64,000 nt of DNA, taken from positions 128,001-192,000 of the forward strand of contig CAWCKJ010000004.1 of the NCBI GenBank assembly GCA_963796105.1, in the 5' to 3' direction. A program made the translations under genes and the position numbers. Positions within the stretch are counted from its first letter, which is position 1, and each line of letters opens with the position of its first letter. Positions 38,761-48,425 of the stretch are shown piece after piece. The notes under the pieces were generated by a model. The model saw nothing but the letters and a program-made list of their open reading frames with translations. It made no database searches and was not told the origin of the DNA. The stretch comes from a candidate division FCPU426 bacterium (GTDB lineage: Bacteria > Oederibacteriota > Muellerivitia > Muellerivitales > Muellerivitaceae).

Positions 38761-38820
38761 CCAAAAACTGGGGTTGCTTCGTCGCTAAAAGATTGAGGAA
38801 AAGCGCTCCTCGCAATGACA
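38409..38820 (-). mobile_element. Nuclease-carrying copy of the TGTCATTGCGAG palindromic element (412 bp)
   Basis: TGTCATTGCGAG...CGAAGCAACCCA at the left and TGGGGTTGCTTCG...CTCGCAATGACA at the right enclose the GIY-YIG core. Confidence 0.7.
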
Positions 38821-38868
38821 TCTTAATAATTAATAAAAAAAACCAGTGATAAGCGCCGCTTCCAAGGC

Positions 38869-40551
38869 TCAGCGAATCTTAAACTTTTCCACCATCATTT
38901 TCAATTCTTCCGCCATGGCCGAGATTTCCTTGAAGGTCGCGTTGATCTGCTCCATGTTGGCGGTTTGCTCCTGGGTGGAGGCCGAGACCTCCTCGGTGGA
39001 GGCGGCCGACTCCTCGGAAACGGCGTTGATATCCTGGATGCTGTTGACGATCTTATCGTAACGCTGGTTTTGGAGCGCCACGAGGTCGGATATGCTCTTG
39101 CTGTAATGGGCAACGTTCTCGATGACCTCGTTGATCTCGTCCAGGGACCTTTCCATTTTTCGGATCCCCTCCTGGCTGACCTGGGCCTCCCTCGCGCTTT
39201 TCTCCATGGACTCCACGGCCGACAGGGTCTCATCCTGGATCAGCTGGACGACTCCCCCGATCTCATTGGTGGCTTTCGCCACACGGTCGGACAGGATGCG
39301 GATTTCCTCGGCCACCACCGCGAAACCCTTGCCGTGCTCCCCCGCCCTGGCCGCCTCGATGGCAGCGTTCAGCGACAACAGGTTGGTCTGTTCCGAGATT
39401 CCCTGGATGATTTCAACCACGCGCCCGATTTCCCGGCTCTTCTGGCCCAAATGGTGGATGAGCTCGGAATTCTTCAGGATGGTCTCATTCAAGGCCGCCA
39501 TGCGCTCGATCGTGCCCCGGGCGAGCTTGCCCCCCGCTTGGGCGGTGGAGGTGGCCTGGTCCACAGCGGAAGAGGTCTCCGCTACCCTCTTTTCGACGTC
39601 CTTCATCGTTTCCTGCATGTCCTGCATTAAATGGTGGACCTCCGAGATCTTGGACGCCTGCTCCTCCGCGCCCCTGGCGATTTGCGAGATGGTCGTGGAG
39701 ACATCCTCGCTCATGGCGGACACCTCGCCGGTGGAGTGGATCAAATCCCTCACCTGCTCCGAAAGGTGCTGGGAATGCTCCAGGACCCTTGAAACCATGG
39801 TTCGTATCTTCTCCAGGAAGGTGTTGAACCACTCGGCCATGTCCCCGATCTCGTCATGGGACCTCACCTTGATTCGGAAGGTCAAGTCCGCCTCACCCTT
39901 GGAGAAATCCATCAGTTCGGTCGTGATGGAATGGATGGGGTTCACGACGAAAACCCTCAAGAGCGGCATCAAAACCAGCATGATCGCCAGTGAAATCAAG
40001 GTCGCCAATCCGGCTGTCTGCAGGGCGGAAAACTCGACCTGGGACTCCAGCTGGGAAAGGGGGATCTCCACGTTGATCCCGCCCACCACCTTTCCTTCCG
40101 AATCCTGGACAGGAGAAAGGTACCTTAACATTTCCCCCTTCGGGGTTTTCCAGGTTTCCTCCCAGCATTTTTTCCGGGTTTGGGACCATACCAGCCTTTG
40201 CTTCAGGTCCTCCAGACGGCTTTCGTAGCCTTCCTGGTATTGGCTTCGGACCAGGATTTTTCCTTTCTTGTCGAAGAGGGAAAGGGTGCTGACCTGGAAT
40301 TGGCGGGATAGGGACGAGACCGTCTCGGAGAGGTTCTCGAAATTTTCCTTTTGGATTTGCCTGGCAAACTCCTCTTGGAGGGATTGGACGACCAGGTCCA
40401 GGTACTCGAGCTTTTGCTCCTTGAGATTCTGTTTTTGCCGCACACCATTATAAAAGCCGATGATTCCTTCCAAGGCGAAAATGGAAAGAGCCACGGTCAA
40501 GGCGATACGAAAACCCAAGTTTCTCAGGAACACTGTCGAAAACCTTTCCAA
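38869..40551 (-). CDS. Methyl-accepting chemotaxis protein
   Basis: Two TMs, HAMP (DLTFRI...[11 protein letters not shown]) and [31 protein letters not shown]. Confidence 0.95.
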   Translation of the reverse strand: MERFSTVFLRNLGFRIALTVALSIFALEGIIGFYNGVRQKQNLKEQKLEYLDLVVQSLQEEFARQIQKENFENLSETVSSLSRQFQVSTLSLFDKKGKILVRSQYQEGYESRLEDLKQRLVWSQTRKKCWEETWKTPKGEMLRYLSPVQDSEGKVVGGINVEIPLSQLESQVEFSALQTAGLATLISLAIMLVLMPLLRVFVVNPIHSITTELMDFSKGEADLTFRIKVRSHDEIGDMAEWFNTFLEKIRTMVSRVLEHSQHLSEQVRDLIHSTGEVSAMSEDVSTTISQIARGAEEQASKISEVHHLMQDMQETMKDVEKRVAETSSAVDQATSTAQAGGKLARGTIERMAALNETILKNSELIHHLGQKSREIGRVVEIIQGISEQTNLLSLNAAIEAARAGEHGKGFAVVAEEIRILSDRVAKATNEIGGVVQLIQDETLSAVESMEKSAREAQVSQEGIRKMERSLDEINEVIENVAHYSKSISDLVALQNQRYDKIVNSIQDINAVSEESAASTEEVSASTQEQTANMEQINATFKEISAMAEELKMMVEKFKIR

Positions 40552-40652
40552 GCGGAGGGAATGTCCGGACGATTATTTTAAAACAGTTAACAGGCAAAAG
40601 CACACTTGAAAGATGGCCCCAACCGGGCCTTTCCGGCTCATCAGAAGCCCCG

Positions 40653-41843
40653 CTAAGACCTGTCGGGCCTCAACTCTGGCTCATTCCCCTCCAAAAAGGA
40701 GGTCATCATCTGGAGTTTTTGAATGACAGAGGGCATGACAGCCAACAGTTCCCGGATCTGTTCACCCGTGTTGAACCGCCCGAAGGAAAAACGAAGGCCT
40801 TCCTTGGCTTCTTTTTGGCTCCTGCCCATGGCCATTAGGACATGGGAGGCTTCCGCCGCTCCGGCGGCGCAAGCCGATCCTGAGGAAACGGCGAAACCTT
40901 GGTTGTCCAGGCTGTGAACGAGCGTTTCCCCCTCCACCCCCGGCAGGGTGATATTGAGGATTCCCGGGAGCCTTTTCTCCGGGTCGAGCGGCCCGTTGAC
41001 CCTCAACTCGGGACAGGTTTTTTTCATCTCATCCAGGAACATCTGCGCCAACGCCCTCAAGCGCCCTTGCTCGGAGGTTTCCGAGCAGATCCTCCTGGCC
41101 GCCTCTCCCAGGCCCACGATTCCCGCCACGTTCTCTGTTCCCCCGCGGCGGCCTCTTTCCTGCCCTCCCCCGTGCTGGAGGGGGACCAGGTCCATCCCCT
41201 TTCTCTGGTAAAAGAACCCGGCGCCTTTGGGCCCGTAGATCTTGTGTCCCGAGGCCGAAAGGAAGGATAGATGGTAGCGTTCCACGTCCAGGTGAACCTT
41301 GCCGTAGGCCTGCACCGCGTCGGTGTGGAAGGGTATCCCATGGCTTTTGGCCAAGGCGCCGATTTCCTTGAAGGACTGGATCGTCCCCACCTCGTTATTG
41401 GCCGCCATGATGGAGATCAAGGTGGTTTCCCCAGGCCGGATGGCTTTTTCCACATCCCGGGGATCCACCCATCCCCCGGAATCCACCCCCACGACGGAGA
41501 TGGAGCATCCCAGACGGGTCAGCCACTCAGTGCAATCCAATACGCAATGGTGCTCCACCGCCGAAATGATGAAGTGCCGTGGTTTTCCCTGGTTCGCGAA
41601 GGCCATTCCCTTGAGAACGGCGTTCACGGATTCCGTGCCCCCGCTGGTAAAGACGATTTCCTTTGGGTCGGAATTCAGGGTCAAGGCGATCTTCTCGCGC
41701 GCGTGCTCCACCGCCGCCCTCGCGTCCCGTCCATAGGCGTGCAGGCTGGAGGGATTGCCGTATTCCTCTTTTATATAGGGCGTCATGGCTTCCAGGACTT
41801 TCTCATCCAAGGGCGTCGTGGCGGCGTGGTCAAAATAAATCAT
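40653..41843 (-). CDS. iscS: Cysteine desulfurase (NifS/IscS type)
   Basis: YFDHAATTP, FTSGGTES, HTDAVQ, SGHKIYGPKG (PLP Lys) and SSGSAC. Confidence 0.9.
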   Translation of the reverse strand: MIYFDHAATTPLDEKVLEAMTPYIKEEYGNPSSLHAYGRDARAAVEHAREKIALTLNSDPKEIVFTSGGTESVNAVLKGMAFANQGKPRHFIISAVEHHCVLDCTEWLTRLGCSISVVGVDSGGWVDPRDVEKAIRPGETTLISIMAANNEVGTIQSFKEIGALAKSHGIPFHTDAVQAYGKVHLDVERYHLSFLSASGHKIYGPKGAGFFYQRKGMDLVPLQHGGGQERGRRGGTENVAGIVGLGEAARRICSETSEQGRLRALAQMFLDEMKKTCPELRVNGPLDPEKRLPGILNITLPGVEGETLVHSLDNQGFAVSSGSACAAGAAEASHVLMAMGRSQKEAKEGLRFSFGRFNTGEQIRELLAVMPSVIQKLQMMTSFLEGNEPELRPDRS

Positions 41844-41921
41844 TCAAATCCTTCCTGAATTTTTAGGGAAGTTAGTTTATCATCCGCCCCGCGGGAACAC
41901 CAAACGAATGGAGGCAAGGAG

Positions 41922-42389
41922 TCACTTATTTCCGGCACAGTTTTCCTCAGACCATTTCAAGGCCTTCTCCAACGCATCCTCAGGCAATCCCCATTCCCGG
42001 TAGCCTTGTTTCACCTGCAGGAGATACCCTAAATTAGGCGACCCGTGATTCTTAGTTTCTTCCGGAAGCCGGTAGCTGACGGCTGATAGTTTTTCCCGGT
42101 CATCCTTCTCCACAATCACATTCACGGGGATGTAGGTTCCCTTCTCCACGCCTTCCGCCTTGTCCAGGAATTGGATTAGGATGTCATCCAGCTCGTATAA
42201 AGCCCCGGGAACGAATGAGGAAGGATCAGGCAAAAAGTTCACGATGGCTCCCTTGCGCTCGGGGGAATTACCCATGAAGGCCAAGCGGAAACCAGGAAGC
42301 GCCGCCCGGGCGAAAGACCGGTTGCCCATCAGGCGCCTTTCCATCTGCGCCCGCATGAGGCTGGTTCCATACGCGAAATAGAAAGGCAT
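41922..42389 (-). CDS. Gamma-glutamylcyclotransferase family protein
   Basis: YFAYGTSL...M..R, VPGALYEL and LDKAEG. Confidence 0.8.
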   Translation of the reverse strand: MPFYFAYGTSLMRAQMERRLMGNRSFARAALPGFRLAFMGNSPERKGAIVNFLPDPSSFVPGALYELDDILIQFLDKAEGVEKGTYIPVNVIVEKDDREKLSAVSYRLPEETKNHGSPNLGYLLQVKQGYREWGLPEDALEKALKWSEENCAGNK

Positions 42390-42427
42390 GGTGGATACCG
42401 CCTTTATGGTTTATCCGGGGTAAAAAA

Positions 42428-42622
42428 CTACTTGGAATCGGGCAGGGGGATCACCATCATACCGTCGTCCAGAAAAAATTGGTCCTTCCCCTTTTGGACG
42501 CAATCCTTAGTCTGGCATCGAAAGGCGGCCTTAAATACTTTTCGGGGATTTCTCCCTTTTTCCCTCAGGGCTTTGCGGGAAAACTCCGTCATTTCCCCGC
42601 CGCATTCCAGACAGTTCGGCAT
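42428..42622 (-). CDS. Small Zn-ribbon-like protein
   Basis: CLECGG...CQTKDC; 9 bp downstream of the upstream gene, with AGGA RBS. Confidence 0.6.
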   Translation of the reverse strand: MPNCLECGGEMTEFSRKALREKGRNPRKVFKAAFRCQTKDCVQKGKDQFFLDDGMMVIPLPDSK

Positions 42623-42631
42623 ATTGGGTCC

Positions 42632-43516
42632 TTATAACAGCGAATAGGCGAAGCCGATTCCCAGTGTTTCCTTGATCTGCCAGCCGTTGTAAACCACGGG
42701 GTCGTACCTGTAGTCATTTTCCACATTCACGCTGATGATCTTGTTCAGGCTAACCGCCAGGAGATTGTCCCATTCCACGACTGTCCGGTCCAGGGCCCTT
42801 CCGTTCCAGAACATGTCCAGTTTGGAGCCGAAATTGGAGTTGGATGAGATTTTATAATTCAGCTCGGAAACGGAGCTGATACCCTCCTCCGTCAATTCCT
42901 TCTGGATAACCCCTGTATCCGGGTTTTTGGTATAGATGTACGCGTACTTGTCCGCGACGGTTTCCTTGACCGCGAAACCCAAGCGGGTAGTGAAAACGGG
43001 GCCAGGGGTGTACTTGAGTCCCCCGCTCTCAGTGAAATACCCGGGGTCCAGGAAGGCGGAGGTCTGGACCGCCGGATTCTTGGAATAGTCATAGCCTGCG
43101 TCGAATTGGCTCTTGGCCGCGAGGGATATAAAAGGACTTACCTGGGGCCATGTTTTCCAGGAGTAAACACTTTCCAGGTCGATGTCATCGGCCGACTTCT
43201 TGGTTCCTTGGCCGTCCACATAGGTCAAACCATATTCCAATTTCAGGGAGTTCGCCCAGTTCACAGCCGTCGTGTCCTGCTCAAGCTTCGCGCTCAGGTC
43301 GCCCTGCCAAGAGATGTAATTGGTTCCACCTTGCTTCCAATCATTGAAGGAAGCCTGGCTCAGGTTCAAGCTGGCGATGACCTGCCTCTTCCATTCGCTC
43401 GTCGGAGTGGGCGCGGGAGTCGCGGTGGATGCCGCCTTGGCGGCGTCATCATCGGCCCAAGTAAAAGAATTCATCCCGATCATTAAACAAAATAACAAGA
43501 AGCTCCTGAAACGCAT
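42632..43516 (-). CDS. DUF3078-like outer-membrane beta-barrel protein
   Basis: Signal peptide; LNLSQASFNDWKQGG, KSQF..GYDY and SAFLDPGY; C-terminal LGIGFAY. Confidence 0.8.
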   Translation of the reverse strand: MRFRSFLLFCLMIGMNSFTWADDDAAKAASTATPAPTPTSEWKRQVIASLNLSQASFNDWKQGGTNYISWQGDLSAKLEQDTTAVNWANSLKLEYGLTYVDGQGTKKSADDIDLESVYSWKTWPQVSPFISLAAKSQFDAGYDYSKNPAVQTSAFLDPGYFTESGGLKYTPGPVFTTRLGFAVKETVADKYAYIYTKNPDTGVIQKELTEEGISSVSELNYKISSNSNFGSKLDMFWNGRALDRTVVEWDNLLAVSLNKIISVNVENDYRYDPVVYNGWQIKETLGIGFAYSLL

Positions 43517-43714
43517 AAATCCTCCTAAAAAAATATTTCCGAAATTGCCCGGCCATTTTACGACTTGTGGATCAGTCTATTTTCGGCCACATATTACCGC
43601 TAATGGGGCCGTCCGTGTCCCTATTTCCAATAGGCCGCGGCAAAATCAGGGTAAAATAAATCAATAAGAAGTCCAGCCTCGTTGATTCAAGAGGATCCCA
43701 AAAAGAAGGCTACG

Positions 43715-44212
43715 ATGCTCCAGCCCGAATCCAAAACCGTCCCCCTCTCGGCGCTATTCACGAAATTGGCAGTTCTTTTATTCATTTTGTTCGCTTCTTG
43801 GGAAGCTTTCCAATTTTTCAACAAAAACAGTTCCTCCCCGAAAGAACCAGGCCAGTGGCTGTCAATCCAAGAGGGGCAAGAGGAGTTTCAAAAAGGCCAA
43901 AAGCCCATTCTTTACGACTTCACGGCTGAGTGGTGCGGCTTTTGCAAGAAAATGAAGGCTGAGGTTTTTAACGACAAGGCCCAGGCTGATTGGATCAGCC
44001 AATCCTTCATCCTGGTGACGGTGATGGACCGGGTCAGGGAAACGAAGAAAAACCCGCCGGAGGTCGCGGAACTCCAAGAGCGGTACAAGGTCCGGGGTTT
44101 TCCCACCCTCGTGGTGCGCTACCCGAACAACGACTTCAAGGTCCACGTGGGCTACACTGGCAAGGAAACCCTGATCCAATTCCTCAAGGACGCCGCAAAC
44201 TCCACCAAATAA
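43715..44212 (+). CDS. Membrane-anchored thioredoxin-like protein (DsbD-gamma/SoxW-like)
   Basis: N-terminal TM; YDFTAEWCGFCKKM; YKVRGFPT. Confidence 0.85.
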   Translation: MLQPESKTVPLSALFTKLAVLLFILFASWEAFQFFNKNSSSPKEPGQWLSIQEGQEEFQKGQKPILYDFTAEWCGFCKKMKAEVFNDKAQADWISQSFILVTVMDRVRETKKNPPEVAELQERYKVRGFPTLVVRYPNNDFKVHVGYTGKETLIQFLKDAANSTK

Positions 44213-44224
44213 AAAATTTAGGAC

Positions 44225-44767
44225 TCAGGGTTCCGGATTTTCGGTGGTGGGCATCTTGGGCCCCAGGAGCGCGGACGTGGCTGAAACCCGGCTCTCCAAA
44301 ATGATTCGCAGCGGCGCGCCGCTTTGGTTCATCCTGAGGAGAGCGGTGCGGTCCGATCCGGGGTTCCCCACCCCCAATACCCCCTGGACTCCACCCTGAT
44401 CCAGCTCGAAGGTCTTGTGGAAGCTGGAGTCCGGAAGGGCCGCCCAAGGAGGATCCACGTCCGCGATGGCGGTTTCCAATGAGCCGTGCCGGAGGTCGCT
44501 ATGGTTGTCGACCGTCAGGAACAGCTTCCAATACCAATTGTGGGGCACTTTCATCTGGAAATACCGGCAATCCTCGGCGGACATGACGAAGTTATATTTC
44601 TTGAAGGGGTCCAGGTAAGCGGGGTTGTCCAGGGTCCCAACGGGTCCGGACCGCATCTCAAGGTCCGTCCGGTGCGATAACCCCAATTGCTCGGAAAGCT
44701 CCGCGCAGGAACTTAACGATATCCCCATCACCACGATCAGGCTCAATCTTATCAACATATTGGACAC
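44225..44767 (-). CDS. Hypothetical lipoprotein
   Basis: Lipobox LSSC after a hydrophobic stretch; start uncertain (44767 or 44758). Confidence 0.65.
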   Translation of the reverse strand: MSNMLIRLSLIVVMGISLSSCAELSEQLGLSHRTDLEMRSGPVGTLDNPAYLDPFKKYNFVMSAEDCRYFQMKVPHNWYWKLFLTVDNHSDLRHGSLETAIADVDPPWAALPDSSFHKTFELDQGGVQGVLGVGNPGSDRTALLRMNQSGAPLRIILESRVSATSALLGPKMPTTENPEP

Positions 44768-44858
44768 TTTATCCTATTGAAGTCTTAATTCGCAACCCAG
44801 GAAGAAGGAGTGAAGCGGGGATTTTACCATCCTAGACCCGCAACCCATGCTTCTCTTG

Positions 44859-47120
44859 TTAATTTTTCGATAATTTTCTCAGGTCCGCTTTCGGGAAATA
44901 ATGAATCAGGATATCCGAGCAGTTTTTCCCCTCTTTCGCCAATGCGTAACATCCCACCTGGCACATCCCCACCCCGTGCCCCCAGCCCCCCCCGTAAATA
45001 ATGAATTCTTCCGGCCATCCCTTGAGGTTGTACTGGGGCTCGATCCAGATGAGGTTGCTTCGGATCCCCCCCAGGAAACTCCGGATGGAATCCCCCTTGA
45101 ACTCCCTCTCCCCCGACTCGCCCTCCACCCTGAGGCTGTCGGCCCAGCCCGCCGTGGAGCGGTGGGTTACCACCATCCTGCGGATCCGGCCGATGGTCCC
45201 GATTTTCTTCCGGATATCCATTTCCGGCAGGATCCAAGCCCAGCGGTAATTCTGGTAGCCCCTCAATCCCTCGACCCGGCAGTAGGCGGGGCGGTCCTGG
45301 CGGATCCACTGCTCCATCCGCCTTGGGGATAGCGGGAATTCCAGGTCCCTGTTTTTGCCAGGGTCAAAATCCTCGACCCCGACCACCGGCAGTTTACTCC
45401 CCCAAGCCTCCTCGTAATCCTGGGTATGGCCCCCGCATTGGGCGGAATAAAAAACCGGCATCATCCTGGGGCCGTACTTTAGGACCATTCCCGCGGTCTC
45501 ATTCACGGCCTGGTTGGTCCTCGCCGTCTCGGCCCTCAATCCCCGGTAAACCTGGCAATGCACGTCCCCGCAGACGTCAAATCCGTCGGCCTCATGCCGG
45601 CCCATCTTGGAAAGGACGTAGGTTCTCGCCACGATGGCCTGGGCCTTCAGGGCCTCCATCGGCCAGGAGGACGGCATCTCCGAGGGAAGCACGCCCGCGG
45701 TATAGGCCTCCAGGGTGACCCGGTTGACGACATTGAAACCCTCCCCGGGCCGCGGATCCAGCTCCAAGATCCCGCGGAATGCCCGGTCCTCCTCCTTCGC
45801 GAAAAAATATCCCATGTTGGAGGGAACCGCGTGGGCCGCCAGGGCCTTGGAAGGGTCCCGCGAGACAATCCAAATGGGCGCGTCGAACTTGACAACTACC
45901 TTCCCTTTCGGGTTTTTAACGACCCAGAATTCCTTATGGGTCGGGGATTTCTTCGCGGGGACATAATCCACCTCGTAGTTCTTTTTGGCCGTAAGGACCG
46001 TGATAGGCTCCTGCCCGGAAATGACCCCGGGAAGCCCCGAGAGGGCCAGGGGCTCCAGCCGGGGATAGGGTTCCGGGGTCGGGGTACCAGTTACAGCGAG
46101 GGGTTTTACCAGGCCTAACCCCGGCGCCGGCGGGGATTTTTCCGGCCTTGAGGGGGTCGCGCCCGGATATCCCGGCGTATTCGCCACTTCCAATTCGGAT
46201 TCCCCCCGGAAAAGGAATTGGCTCAGCCCCGTGAATAATCCGACCCGGATGGTCACGGAAGAAGGGGCCACGGCCGTTTCGGGAGGAGGCACCCATTTTT
46301 CCCATAGACGAACCTTGTCCGCCTTGAGTTTTTCCTCCTCCTTCGGGGCTTTTTTCCCGATCCTCGCGACTTCCCTTTTCAACTCGGTGTTTTGCGGATC
46401 AATGTCCATGGCCTTCTCGTACTCGGCCAGGGATTTCTGGAACTCCCGTCTTTGGCCTAGAAGCATGGCGATATAGCGGTAGGCCTTCTTGAAACTCGGG
46501 TCGATTTTGACGGCCTTCTCATAGGCCTCCAAGGCCTGTTTAGTGTCGCCCAACTTCCTGGAAACCTCGGCCAGCTGCCAGAAACCCAGCGCGTATTCCG
46601 GCTTCAATGCCGTCAAGGCCGCCAGGTACTTTTGGGCCTCCCGAAGGGCTTGATCGGCGGTCTTATGGGTTTGGAGTTCCTTCCACTTGGATTGGTATAG
46701 GCAAAGCCGGGCTAGGCCCCAAAGAATATCAGGCTCCCTTGGATGCTTTTGGAACAGGTCTTTCAAGTATCCCTCAGCGTCGGTAAACTGCCCCATTTGC
46801 TCCACGGCCAGGGCCAAGGACACTTTTACTTTCCAATCCTCTTTGGCGGAAAGATATTCCTGGTAAGCCGCCACGGTTCCAGGATAGTCCCCCTGGCTTT
46901 TCCGGAATTCCGCCAGCTCCAGCCACAAGTCATGATTCGCCGGCTCCTCCGTAATCCTTTCGGCCAGGGCTTCCTCGATTTCGGAGGTTTTGCCCTGGGC
47001 AAACCACTTCCCGATTTTAACCTCGAAGACGCCCGCGGAAAGGTGGGACGCAGCGGCAAGGGCGGATAAAACAAGGGACATGATCAAAGGCGACTTTTTC
47101 AAAACGGTCTCGCTTTCCAA
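44859..47120 (-). CDS. TPR-containing SpoIID/LytB peptidoglycan hydrolase
   Basis: N-terminal TPRs; VLPSEMPSSWPMEALKAQAIVARTY, DVHCQVY, YSAQCGGHT and GGGWGHGVGMCQ. Start uncertain. Confidence 0.9.
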   Translation of the reverse strand: MESETVLKKSPLIMSLVLSALAAASHLSAGVFEVKIGKWFAQGKTSEIEEALAERITEEPANHDLWLELAEFRKSQGDYPGTVAAYQEYLSAKEDWKVKVSLALAVEQMGQFTDAEGYLKDLFQKHPREPDILWGLARLCLYQSKWKELQTHKTADQALREAQKYLAALTALKPEYALGFWQLAEVSRKLGDTKQALEAYEKAVKIDPSFKKAYRYIAMLLGQRREFQKSLAEYEKAMDIDPQNTELKREVARIGKKAPKEEEKLKADKVRLWEKWVPPPETAVAPSSVTIRVGLFTGLSQFLFRGESELEVANTPGYPGATPSRPEKSPPAPGLGLVKPLAVTGTPTPEPYPRLEPLALSGLPGVISGQEPITVLTAKKNYEVDYVPAKKSPTHKEFWVVKNPKGKVVVKFDAPIWIVSRDPSKALAAHAVPSNMGYFFAKEEDRAFRGILELDPRPGEGFNVVNRVTLEAYTAGVLPSEMPSSWPMEALKAQAIVARTYVLSKMGRHEADGFDVCGDVHCQVYRGLRAETARTNQAVNETAGMVLKYGPRMMPVFYSAQCGGHTQDYEEAWGSKLPVVGVEDFDPGKNRDLEFPLSPRRMEQWIRQDRPAYCRVEGLRGYQNYRWAWILPEMDIRKKIGTIGRIRRMVVTHRSTAGWADSLRVEGESGEREFKGDSIRSFLGGIRSNLIWIEPQYNLKGWPEEFIIYGGGWGHGVGMCQVGCYALAKEGKNCSDILIHYFPKADLRKLSKN

Positions 47121-47200
47121 AAAAACGGAGCATGGGCTGGTGGAGCTTGAAACAAAAAAGCCCTTTTGGACGGGCCAAAAGGGCTGCCGGACTGCCGTCC

Positions 47201-47701
47201 TTACTTTTTCGCCAGTTCCATCCGTTTCGGGGATAACACCGATTCATCCCGGGAATGCCAAAACCCGGTGTTGTCAATGACCTCCAAATTCGGCACATAG
47301 CGTTTTTTGACATAGTCGAGGAGTTTGACGAGGGTGATGTGGGAGGAAGCATCGTTTTGGCGCAGACTGGTGCTGGTATGAACCTGGTGCAGGAACTGCC
47401 GCGCGGCCGCCGGAGCCCCCTGGCGGCGCGTGGATGGCGGGGCTTTCTCGTAATAAATGTGGGAGAGGTATCCATCCTTGTCGAATGTCAACTGCAGGGG
47501 GCTTGTGTTTGGGTTCAAGGTCAACCGGATGCCCCTCAGGGAGAGCCGAATCGGGGTTGTGCCGGTCTCCTGGTCAAAAACATGGTCAACGGTTTCATGG
47601 ACCCAGCCGCTCACCTGGGCAATCTCCCGGAAATCCTCCTGGATTTCCGAGACCGCGTCACGGCTGTTGATCTTTCCAAAATAATGAATCGTCGTTGGCA
47701 C
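47201..47701 (-). CDS. Hypothetical protein
   Basis: GGAGG RBS before GTG 47701; TIHYFG...H..LVKLLDYVKKRY..NLEVID.TGFW. Confidence 0.65.
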   Translation of the reverse strand: MPTTIHYFGKINSRDAVSEIQEDFREIAQVSGWVHETVDHVFDQETGTTPIRLSLRGIRLTLNPNTSPLQLTFDKDGYLSHIYYEKAPPSTRRQGAPAAARQFLHQVHTSTSLRQNDASSHITLVKLLDYVKKRYVPNLEVIDNTGFWHSRDESVLSPKRMELAKK

Positions 47702-47848
47702 CCCACCCTCCCTCTTAATCCCATCTATCAACCGAGAAGAACTTTAACCCGCTCTCTCAAATCACCGTAAACCGTCTTCTTGAAGCACGCGGGCTTCCAC
47801 CCAAATATAGGCATCGAATGCCGGAATTACAGGGGCTCATTCCCGGGC

Positions 47849-48208
47849 TTAACGGTTTACCACATCCATGAAAATGGGCATTTCCAACTGGCCATTCGCG
47901 GCCACAGCCGGTTCCGGCTCCTCCGGTAATTCCCTGAAAAGATTGCGGATATTTTTCCCAGCCCGAAAGGAAACTTTTCTGTAGGACGGTAGGGCCATGG
48001 AAAGGTTTTTAGCCATATCCCGCCCTTTTTTCCCGGAAACCGTCTTGATTTGAAAAACCCCAAAATCCCTTATTTCGATCCTTTTTCCGCCTATAAGACC
48101 TTCTTCAAATGCAGAAAGAATTTTTTGAGAGACGACTTTCGCGTCAGGAAGGGCAAGATGAGTCGCTTTGGCGACATCTCTCACAACATCTTGTAGGGTA
48201 ATTTTCAT
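47849..48208 (-). CDS. HU/IHF-family DNA-binding protein
   Basis: RIEIRDFGVF...GRD...VSFRAGK. Confidence 0.9.
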   Translation of the reverse strand: MKITLQDVVRDVAKATHLALPDAKVVSQKILSAFEEGLIGGKRIEIRDFGVFQIKTVSGKKGRDMAKNLSMALPSYRKVSFRAGKNIRNLFRELPEEPEPAVAANGQLEMPIFMDVVNR

Positions 48209-48215
48209 TATGTAG

Positions 48216-48245
48216 ATTATACGGTGTAATTAAAATTCATGTCAA
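48216..48245 (-). promoter_or_regulatory. Consensus sigma70 promoter for the HU gene (probably leaderless)
   Basis: TTGACA-18 bp-TATAAT with ATG 7 nt after the -10 box; no SD sequence. Confidence 0.7.
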
Positions 48246-48347
48246 CGGTCGTTCGTGCGCAGGAAAGATTCCCCATATTATCAAGCCAACGTAAAAACCC
48301 CCTCTAAAACGGCTGGTTACTTTCAACTTCTATTACAAAAAACTCGT

Positions 48348-48401
48348 GAAGGGACGGCCCTCCGCGCCGCAGCGGAGGGCCGGGCTTTGGGTCGCCCCTG
48401 C
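48348..48401. repeat. Degenerate REP-like nested palindrome downstream of comEC
   Basis: Inner GGCCCTCCGC/GCGGAGGGCC stem and alternative outer GAAGGGACGGCC/GGTCGCCCCTGC pairing. Confidence 0.45.
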
Positions 48402-48425
48402 CAATCTTGGGGTCATACAGCCTGT

